A stretch of 64,000 nucleotides of DNA from Macrostomum lignano (taxonomy: Eukaryota): positions 1-64,000 of the forward strand of contig NIVC01002463.1 in assembly GCA_002269645.1 (NCBI GenBank), written 5' to 3'. The notes beneath the pieces are model-generated. The model worked only from the letters and a program-made list of their open reading frames with translations, had not been told where the DNA came from and did no database searches. This document shows positions 37,705 to 47,677 of this stretch, one piece after another. A program made the position numbers and the translations under genes. Position 1 is the first letter of the stretch. Each line of letters starts with the position of its first letter.

Positions 37705-37797
<93 letters not shown>
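37705..37797. repeat. (GACA)n microsatellite adjacent to the LHFPL exon 2 donor
   Basis: Direct reading. Confidence 0.97.
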
Positions 37798-37805
37798 AGT
37801 CTCAC

Positions 37806-38070
37806 CGCTCAGGCCCTGTGCGGCGGCGCACACGCCAATCACCTGGCGAATGCGCAGCACGGCCAGCCGGAAGCCGCTGAAGGCCAGAAAGAAGGTGAGC
37901 AGCAGCAGCAGGCAGCAGGCGGTGGACATGAGCACGAAGGCGGCCCGCCAGCACGGGCTGGGGATGTTCATGAAGTGCTGGTAGTGGCTGCAGTCCAGCG
38001 CCAGCTGAATGGTGCCATCGGGTGCCTGGGCGGGGTACACGCACAGTCTGAATAGGCCCAGGTCGCTGGT
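37806..38070 (-). CDS. LHFPL/TMHS-family protein, exon 2
   Basis: Acceptor ccgcag (phase 0), donor gtgaga (phase 1). TSDLGLFRLCVYPAQAPDGTIQLALDCSHYQHFMNIPSPCWRAAFVLMSTACCLLLLLTFF... contains the GLFRxC-Y-P and F..IPS..W motifs of LHFP. Confidence 0.92.
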
Positions 38071-38489
38071 CTGCGGGACGGGCGGGTTGTCAAAATGAGA
38101 CAGACGGCCCAGCCAGTCAGAGGGTTGTAAAAGATAATTACTGGTCTCGCAAGTAGTTTTATAGACAATAGACAGTTAATTGACCATGAAATCATGACGT
38201 AATTGTGCAAATAATCATTAGAAAATTATACGAGTAGACGCGAGTGTCGATTCACGAGAATTTTAAACCAATAAATTAATATTTATTATCAGAACATTAA
38301 ATTGTTCGGTCATCTGATTATTAACCTATTATTAGAATATCAAACTACTGGACCAATAAACCAATCCTGGTGGACCATTAGGCCATTTGACTATTGACTA
38401 AAGTAGTTTGACTATTGACAAAAATAGCATAGGATTGTCTCCACTCTCGAATTAACCTGTGAGCTGCTTCGACTGCCGGCAATCCCGCG

Positions 38490-38850
38490 CCTTCCCCTGA
38501 CCTTCCATTGCCATCCGCAGGGCCCTGCTTGGACTCAACCACAGGGACATCAGGGCGGTGACCATGGCCCTCTCGGGTCATGGCTGCTTTGCCAGGCATC
38601 GCCGCCTCCAGGGACAAAAACCGCTCAGCGATAAGTGCCCATTCTGCCTATCTGGTGTCGAGAATGTGGAGCACTTCATCTGTGAATGCCCCGCCTTTAC
38701 TCAGGACAGGCTCGCCTACCTCGGCCCAAGCCCGGACCTCTCCGACGTTTTCAGGCCCGAGAATCTCTGCTAGCTCGTCCGCTACCCAAGGGCTACCGGG
38801 CGAGCGACCATCCACCTCCTGGACTCACGGTAGCATAGGAGCATACTAAC
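38490..38850 (+). mobile_element. 5'-truncated non-LTR retrotransposon ORF2 3' end (CCHC knuckle; I/R1/LOA-like group)
   Basis: RDIRAVTMALSGHGCFARHRRLQGQKPLSDKCPFCLSGVENVEHFICECPAF: C-x2-C-x7-H-x4-C. Confidence 0.75.
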
Positions 38851-39959
38851 TGACTAGTAAATCCATACTATAAATTTATACATTCCGAATCAACTTTTCC
38901 GTCCTTTATCTCACTGCATCAGACCAAACAAAATAGCAAAAAGTCTGCTTGGGCAGAAAGTAAAGCCAAATTAGCAACCAAATTCAGAGTAGAATAAAAT
39001 ATGCAAATAGCCTCAGTCGCATATCAACAAGGCCAGTGGATGGGGGCTCAGAGAGAAATGAGCGCCAGCAGGCTGAGCCGTGCACTCACAGAGGGGGGAG
39101 AGGAAAAGCTGTGGCTGCTGCACGTGACAGGCCCAGCGATTGTGTCATTTTGTCTCCGAGATCCCTCTGAGCTGGGATCGGGCCAGATGCTATCTGCATT
39201 CGCCCAGCTAGGGATAAGGCTAAAGATAAGACTCAAATAAATAATTGCCTTCCCCGGGTAGAGCTGGCTGCCCGCGTCACCCGATCTATTTATGCCGAGG
39301 CCCTCAGCAACAAGAAAGGAAGGAAGATCGTAATCTTTAATAGCAGTCGCATGCGGTGGACGACGCCACAACGGAGTTCGGCAGCAAAATGCTAATGCTG
39401 CTCGGGATAGAACAGCGAAGTGGGGAAGGAAGCGGGGAGTGCAGAGCTGCCTCCGTGGTCCTGTAATTCCATTTTTATGTTCTGGGAATGCAGTACGTTG
39501 TATAAGTGGGCCCAGTTTGTCTGTAAGCCTACACGATACGAGCTAAGTCAGTGCTAGACTATGTACTATTATGCTCAGGAGGTCTGCGGACTCAAAAGGC
39601 GCTGAGGCAATTCTGCCTACGAGTAATTCCACTAACTTCTGAGCACATATACACGCGAGGATGCTGTACGCAGGCACTCAATCATACATGTTTTACAGCG
39701 GGCCCTGACTTTCTAATCGGCAGGCTTGTACACTCCCTCAGTCTCCCTGTGCCTTGGTGGCTGGCCCTCGTGGGTGTGAATCGCACGACAACCTGCCGGC
39801 CAATTTCCGTGCGCTCGAAATCAAACCAGGGGTCGTTGGGCGCGAGAGTCGGACGCGTTGACCGCTGACCTGCTCTGCCCCTCCCCACCCTGATAAAGTT
39901 GCTAACTCGTCCTTGATTTAAACCTTTTCTAAACTTTCCCAACGGAAAAGTGCACTCAC

Positions 39960-40383
39960 CTGACCACTTCCGGACCGACTGCCCTTCAGCCAGTAGGGCA
40001 GCAGGAAGCCGGCTGCGGCGCACATGCCGCTCAGCCAGCAAGCACATCAGCACCCAGCCAGCCCAGAGGCAGCGCAGACCTCTGGCGGTGCCGCCTGAGG
40101 ACGCGCGGTCCTTCACTGTCGAGTTGGCGGATGCTTCAGCTGCAGCTGCCGCTGCGGCTACCGCCGCTCGCTGCTGTCTCAGCAGCAACAGTCGGTCGGT
40201 TTTTGAGGCCGCAGACCAGGCGTAGCCCGACGCTGAAGGCACGAGTCTGTGCGGCCGCTCCAGCGTTGTCGTCGCTGACTGCGACATCGGCTGCGGCGGC
40301 GGCATGCCGTAGTAGTCGACCATGTCCGCCGGGGCATCGACCACTTCGCTGCCTCCGCGACTTCCCGAGGGCAGCGTCCACAT
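39960..40383 (-). CDS. LHFPL/TMHS-family protein, exon 1 (predicted; apparent +1 frameshift near 40035)
   Basis: Frame A: MWTLPSG...MVDYYG...TARGLRCLWAGWVLMCLL. Frame B resumes LSGMCAAAGFLLPYWLKGSRSGSGQ (compare LHFP GFFMPYWLWG) and ends at a phase-0 gtgagt donor matching exon 2. The start ATG could instead be 40323. Confidence 0.7.
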
Positions 40384-41001
40384 GGCGTCGGGGGGCGAAA
40401 GGGTTAGAGGCTGGATTATGGATGAAACTGGTCTTGGCTCAGTGGGAGCAACAAGGCTAATCCTCTGCTCTTTTACAGTTGCGATTAGCTCGCTCCCATT
40501 CCTGCCAGTCTCCCATTGGATGGAGCCAGACATAAGCCAATGGCTTGAAACTCTACAGTGTACTTTTAATTTATTTCATCATTTGGCATGTACAGTGCTT
40601 GTTCACTCGTGCAAGCGTCTTCTCTCTTTGTGGCATCCTCAAGCAAGGAGTACCAGTGTCTTGTGTGTGTGGCAACCTGTTCAAGCAAGTCTTTGGCTTT
40701 CCCACAGAGGTCGCAGTATGGCTAAAGGCATCGCGCCACCAGCCATTTGTGAGTGGCTCGTTCTGCTAAAAATAACATCATTTTTGCGTCAGTGCGTGAG
40801 TCCGCATCGCGCGAGTGGTTCCACCCACAGCATATTGCGATGCAATGAGTGGTTCGATCAAGGTACTCGTATACTCGTACTTACATGTAGCTTTTCCGAC
40901 CTCTCTAAAAGCATAAATACTGGCGCTGGCTGGAGCGCAAAATCGCTCACTCAGGACCAGAGACAGCTTAGGCTTAACCTATCCTCAGCTACAACTCGAA
41001 G

Positions 41002-42635
41002 ATGATGAAGTTCCTAGCCGTGATTCTGGCTGTCTGCGTTGTCGGCAACAGCGCGTTCAGCTTCCGTCGTTGCGGTGAGTTATCGTGACACAATTTATGA
41101 CAAAATAAATATTCCGGCCTGATTTAATCAACCTTCACCTCCTCTCTGGACTTCAGGTGGCAACAATGACCTCGATGTTATCAGCGCCAACGTGAGGCCC
41201 GCCCTGATCAGCTTCCCCGGCCGATCCAGCGTCAGCTTTGCTGGCAAGGTCACCCGCAGCTTCAGCGACCTCGACCTGAAGCTGGAGGTCTTCCTGAAGT
41301 CTTCTTTCGGAGAGTTCAAGATCCCCTGCCTGTTCAACTTTGGCTCTTGGTAAGTCGGGTAGCCTCGGCTTAAAGACGTCCACCGATGCACTGTGGAGCC
41401 GCAGAAGAACTCGTCTCCTCTCTGGACTGTTTAGGGACTGCTAGAGTTAAGGGACTGCTAGAGTTAAGGGACTGCTAGAGTTAAGGGACTGCTAGAGTTA
41501 AGGGACTGCTAGAGTTAAGGGACTGCTAGAGTTAAGGGACTGCTAGAGTTAAGGGACTGCTAGAGTTAAGGGACTGCTAGAGTTAAGGGACTGCTAGAGT
41601 TAAGGGACTGCTAGAGTTAAGGGACTGCTAGAGTTAAGGGACTGCTAGAGTTAAGGGACTGCTAGAGTTAAGGGACTGCTAGAGTTCAAGGCCGACATTT
41701 GAGGATGGCTGACGATATGTTTCTCTAAACATTTACTCTCTCATCGCCCAATTTAAACATAGAGCAGGAAGCTTAAGTCTCGAGGGGGGAAGAGAGTGCA
41801 CGTCTATGTATTTCGTACTTGCGAATTTAATGAGCACAAAGCAAAAAGTATTGAATGCAAATACAAAATACAAATATATCAAAGGGGTAGCGGTGGCCAT
41901 TTAAACAACATACTACCTGACAAAATATTTTTGTTGTAAAAAGAAACTTCTAATAAAATTGAGACTTATCTCACGCAGCAACTATGACCGCGTGTGCTCC
42001 ATCCTAGACCGCATGGAGCGTGAGAACTGGGGCGGAGTCGGCACCCAGCTGTCTAGGAGGATCCAAGACAGCCTTGAAGGCGCCGGTGACCATCTGTGCC
42101 CCTTCACCCCGGCTGAGGTCAACATCAGCAACCTCGCCATCGACCTGCCGAGCCTGCCGCCGCAGATGGGCTTTCTCAACTCTGTGAGTTTCCGAATTTA
42201 CCGACTCATCCATCACATCCGGTACCTGCGATCTTCCAGGACTCACCAATTCTCAGTCATTCATAATATACTCGTACAGCACGCGTCGACCGGCACTCGT
42301 TCACGACATTCATCACACACCGACCCGCACTCATTTACAGCATCCAGAACGCACAGCTGATCTCATTCACCCGCTTCATCAAGGACCCTTCAAGCCAAAT
42401 TTCTGATAGCTCGTACCATAGTTTTCAGCCCGTTGGTTTGGCTGTATGCATGAAGTAAATATAAATAGAGCTCAACCTGCTCAGCAGTACAATTTACTGA
42501 GTACAATACTGAGTACAATCCTCAACTTTGAACTTTCAGGGCCGGTACCGTGCCCGCGCCCAGCTGTTCAACCGCGACTCTAAGCGTCTGATGAGCTGCT
42601 TCGAGATCGAGTTCGAGATGCACAAGGCCGACTAA
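41002..42635 (+). CDS. GM2A: GM2 ganglioside activator-like (ML-domain) secreted/lysosomal lipid-binding protein, paralog 1, 188 aa
   Basis: Exons 41002-41074, 41157-41349, 41979-42183, 42540-42635 with GT-AG and consistent phases. Signal peptide MMKFLAVILAVCVVGNSAFSFRRC; KIPCLFNFGSCNYDRVC; LCPF; GRYRARAQL...LMSCFEIEF. Confidence 0.88.
41432..41686. repeat. 17-bp minisatellite GGGACTGCTAGAGTTAA, about 15 copies, in GM2A-like paralog 1 intron 2
   Basis: Direct reading. Confidence 0.95.
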
Positions 42636-42974
42636 ACGAAGCGCAAATGCTGAAGTACATATACTTTACTGAATTCACAAAACAAAATACGGTTGCTCAG
42701 CAACAAGTTTCGCTTGTAGTCGGATCGAAGTGTAGCCTAGCCGCTAAAACTTTCGGAATATATTTTTTTAATTGTCAACAAAATTTGACAGGGTTTATCT
42801 GTTTGTTATCGAAACTTGCAGTTAGCAGGTAAAATCTCCAACAGAGTTTCATTTTTGGGTTGGCATGGTCGCGAGGTCGAGTTTATAAACAGAATTTCTC
42901 TTCGAAAGTCTCTTCGATGCATATCTTCTCACGCGCATGCAATCGGACTTGTGTATTATATATATTATTTCATA

Positions 42975-43440
42975 TAGAGACTCAAGACGATGCTTTTGGA
43001 CACTACCGCAAATCAAGGCGATAGTCAAACTCCCAGCCATACAACTTTTGCTGGTCCCTTGGGCACAAGCAGCCTCCCGGATACGCAAACGGGGCACACA
43101 CATGGTCCTAAATTTCATGACAATGTTCATGACAATTAATGTACACCATGTGACTCATCGGCTTGAATCAAACAAAAATGTCTACTGAGGCGTGCTCAGC
43201 AGCTGACAGCAGACCAGTCGGTCGGCAGGTGGATTCTGATCGCTGGCTTATTTATTTGAAAAACCTTTCTGGTACTTGCTGTCCCTCCGTAGCGAGTCAG
43301 AGCAATCTGAGCACTCTAACAGATCCATAGCTGCCTGCAATCGGAGACCTCAGGGCTCTCAGTTCCATTTAGCTACTAGATCAGAGCCATCGTATCCATC
43401 GCGGGTGCAAGGCATCAACACTGCGGTAGTGTACATGTAA
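42975..43440 (+). pseudogene. Degenerate duplicate of pieces of the downstream membrane-protein gene
   Basis: 42975-43105 resembles 48495-48630 (intron 1). 43290-43440 resembles 49440-49585, including the exon 3 start gtgcaaggcatcaacact with the acceptor cag mutated to cgg. Confidence 0.65.
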
Positions 43441-44104
43441 GCTCAAGCAAACAGTACTCCGTGTCTTGTGGTTGTGTGCGTAGAATCTTCAGAAAACAGT
43501 AAAAGTATCTTGTATGTGGCAACTCTTTTTCTATTTGAGAACGAATCCAAGTCAAAACAAAGTAGAGTGAATTAAGCATAGCCCGTATTTAAAATGCACA
43601 TAGTTACTATTCAACAACATTACTATATCTTTTTGCAGGACAATAAGGTACCTTAAGGACGTACCCCTGAGACGAGAAAAAAAAAGAAAAATCACGATCG
43701 CCCTGTTGCGAGTGGGGAGGGGGGACTTTCAGCCACGCCAAGCCGTCATGAATGCCACACAGTTGGATTGGGGTTTGAACTCGCGCGCAGACTTCAGCTT
43801 TCCCACAGAGGTCGCAGTATGGCTAAAGGCATCGCGCCACCAGCCATTTGTGAGAGGCTCGTTCTGCTAAAAATAACAATACTTTTGCGTGCTCATTTAC
43901 GTGTGCGTCAGTCGTCATTGCGCGAGTGGTTCCACCCACAGCATTTTTCGATGCAATGAGTGGTTCGATCAAGGTACGTTTAGCTTATCTCGCCTCTGCA
44001 GGCTTCTCTGCAAGCATAAATACTGGCGCTAGCTGGAGCGCAAACTCGCTCACTCAGGACCAGAGACAGCTTAGGCTTAACCTATCCTCAGCTACAACTC
44101 GAAG

Positions 44105-46047
44105 ATGATGAAGTTCCTAGCCGTGATTCTGGCTGTCTGCGTTGTCGGCAACAGCGCGTTCAGCTTCCGTCGTTGCGGTGAGTTATCGTGACACAATTTA
44201 TGACAAAATAAATATTCCGGCCTGATTTAATCAACCTTCACCTCCTCTCTGGACTTCAGGTGGCAACAATGACCTCGATGTTATCAGCGCCAACGTGAGG
44301 CCCGCCCTGATCAGCTTCCCCGGCCGATCCAGCGTCAGCTTTGCTGGCAAGGTCACCCGCAGCTTCAGCGACCTCGACCTGAAGCTGGAGGTCTTCCTGA
44401 AGTCTGCTGTCGGAGAGGTCAAGATCCCCTGCCTGTTCAACTTTGGCTCTTGGTAAGTCGGGTAGCCTCGGCTTAAAGACGTCCACCGATGGACTTAGGA
44501 GCAGCGGAAGCAATCGTCTCATTTTTGGACTATTTAGGGACTGCTAGAGTTTAGAGACTGTTACAGTTTAAGGACTGCTAAAGTTTAGGGGGTAATTTAA
44601 GAGGGGGTTGTAGCTATAGTGGTTAGAGCGTCGGACTCACGACTTGAAGGTCGGGTGTTCGATTCTCGATCAACTCAGAACAATGTGTCCTTGAGCAAGA
44701 CGCTTAACTCTGCATTGCTTCAGTTCACTCAGCTGTAAAGTGGATACCAGCATTAGCTGGGGTAATTGAGGGTGTGCGGCGACCCCCCCCCCCAGTCCTT
44801 GGACTGAACAGCCTTAGGCAGCTTTCAGATGCACCGCGCAATAGCTGCGGCTGAGCTGTCGGTTGTGGTTAACCAATTATTATTATTATTAGAGTTAAGG
44901 GACTGCTAGAGTTTAGGGAATGTGGACCGAATGTGTCATCGTCCCCTATGCGACCTGGGTATCGGCAGCCACCAAAGGACCAAATACACAATGATAAAAA
45001 TATTAGCAGCAGCCAGGCCACTGTTGCGCAACGCCTTCGGCGAAATCGTCCCGCAATCAGTGGTGACCAATTCTACCCTTTCCGCTGACTTCTGAGCACA
45101 TACAAGCGCGCGGATACTGTGCCTTTTTGATCGTCAGGCATGTTCACTTTTTATCTTGAAGGTTGATCCCCATGGACGTGAATTGCAGGACGACACCCAG
45201 GCTAGTAAAAATGACACCCAAGCCCTTAATGAATGGGGCAGCACACAGAATCGAACTAGGGGGTTTATGCGTTAGTTCTACTTTTGCCCCCTCCAATTGG
45301 ACCAATGGATGTTGTGCATTAGATTACGGCGTCTTTGAAGTATCAAAGGGGTAGAGGCGACAATTCAAGCAACATAAAACCACACAAAATATTTTGCTGT
45401 AAGAAATTACTAATAAACTTGATTTTCATCTCACGCAGCAACTACGACCGCATGTGCTCCATCCTGGACCGCATGGAGCGTGAGAACTGGGCCGGAGTCG
45501 GCACCCAGCTGTCCAGGGAGATTCGCAAGCTCATCGATAGCGTTGATGGCGCCGGTGACCGTCTGTGCCCCTTCACCCCGGCTGAGGTCAACGTCAGCAA
45601 CCGCGCCATCGACCTGCCGAGCCTGCCGCCGCTGCTGGCCACCATCGCCTCTGTGAGTTTCTGAATTCAGCGACTCAACTATGATATCTCTGGCACCTGC
45701 GATCATTCAGCACCCACCAATTCTCAGTCATCCATCATATCCAGTACGCATCGACTTGTACTCGTTCACGACACGACATCCATCTTCCACGGACTACTAG
45801 ATCCATAAAGCAACCATCAAGCCAAAATGCTGCTTCCATTGTTTTCAGTACTTTGTTGGTTGAGTTTTATGCCTGAGCTAACTAGAAATACAGTTCAACT
45901 TGCGCAGCAGTTCAATTTTCGGATTACAATAAATTCTCTCTGAAATTTCAGGGCCAGTACCGCGTCCGCGCCCAGCTGATCAACCGCGACTCCAACCGTC
46001 TGATGAGCTGCTTCGAGATCGAGTTCGAGATGCGCAAGGCCGACTAA
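44105..46047 (+). CDS. GM2A: GM2 ganglioside activator-like protein, paralog 2, 191 aa
   Basis: Exons 44105-44177, 44260-44452, 45439-45652, 45952-46047; same structure as paralog 1, with a 3-codon longer exon 3. Confidence 0.88.
44603..44890 (+). mobile_element. Full-length tRNA-derived CORE-like SINE in GM2A-like paralog 2 intron 2
   Basis: GGGGGTTGTAGCTATAGTGGTTAGAGCG...GTTCGATTCTC, CORE-like body, (ATT)n tail; absent from paralog 1. Confidence 0.9.
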
Positions 46048-47677
46048 ACGAAGAGCAAATGCTGAAGTCCATATAGTTTACTGAATTCACAAAATAAAAT
46101 ACGGTTGCTCAGCAACAAGTCTCACTTGGAGTCGGATCGAAGTGTAGCCGCTAAAACTTTTTGGACTTTTCTTTTTTCTTATTTTTTGAAATTAGCGATG
46201 CAATTTGATAGTGTTTCGGTTCTTTAAGAAAACTCGTAGCAGAAAAAATTGAACAGTCAGCAAAAAATTTCTAAGAGTTTCATTTTTTGGATTTGGTCAC
46301 GCGCGTGCAGGTAAATCCGGTCTGCGGAATTCCCACACTGCATGCGACAGCCTATTCCCTCTACTGACGCTCGCTTGTGGCTTACAAACCAAATGTCACG
46401 TCCCTGCAGTTCAACAAAAATTGGGAAGTTTTTGTTGATTGAATATTTAACTCTTCGTGTAGGGGCTTATCGCCGTTCACGAACTTAAGGACTTGAGTGG
46501 TACATACGCTCGTACAGGTGCTAGCTAATAAACGGTAAGTGTTTGCGTTCCCGAATAATTGTAAATTTGAACAGCAACAATAAGGGTTATCGAATAGAAA
46601 TGTTAGCGGCCCTCATTCCGACCGTCTGCATTGCTGGCAGCGGCGATTTTGACTTTCGTCGTTTCGGTCTGCAGTAGCCCAGAAAGTCGCGGGCCGAGCA
46701 ATACGCTCGTGTTCAGTGGGGTTGTAATAGTCAGGGATGAAGTTATTTTTAAAAGTTCAAGTCAAGATCAAAGCCTAAAGCTTGCCTTTCTCACATCTTG
46801 GTTCTAACATCTCACATACGGGCGTATTGAGCTCTGGCCCAAGTGAGCCATTTCTTTTGAGCTCTCTTTGACCCACCAAATAGGCACTTCTCTTTTGAGC
46901 TCTTTGACTTACTGAGCTATATTCGACTAATTATGAAATTACCTCGAGCCCTTGGCCGATGGAGTATTTCCTTAGGGACAATCTTTTTCCTAACTGGGCT
47001 GCAGGTGGGAACAATGAGTCCTGAACAAAATCAGCGCCATCAGTTTGCATGGCCGGTACAGCGTCAGCTTCGTTGGCATCGACATCGACTGAAGCCGGAG
47101 GTCTTCTTAAAGGTTGTTGTAAGCTGCTCATTTTTTGATTTGCGAGTTGATCTTCTGAATTTTGCGTGGTTTCTTTGCCTCGTTATCTAGTCACCTAATC
47201 AACACCTAATCAATGTTACCAAACGGACGTGTACGTGAATAGAATTCTGCCTCCCACGTATCAGCTTTATATCGCTAAATGGTCGCTTTCACGAAGATAC
47301 GAGTAGAAAAATCGAAATTTCAGGTCTTCGAATGGTACAAAGTGCGGACTCTATCGCAGTTTACACACGCAACGGTTTTGCTATATTTTTATACGAGAAG
47401 AGGAATTACAAGGTTCAAACGCATCTGAGCCCTCGCTGTCGGGTACATACATGTAGCTCGATGAAGTCAGACATATCCGCGAGAACTATAAAACTACAAC
47501 ACAAGCTAGCTTCATGCGTGATCAAAGGCACAAAAATTTCACAAAAACAAGCTGACTCGCTCTCTGTAGCATCCGGTTTTGGGTTACATGCCTAAAGACC
47601 ACTATGCAAATGAAGATACAACTTACTAAAATAAAAGTAACCGACTGAAAAATGCTTGTTGAGAACAACAGAGAACG

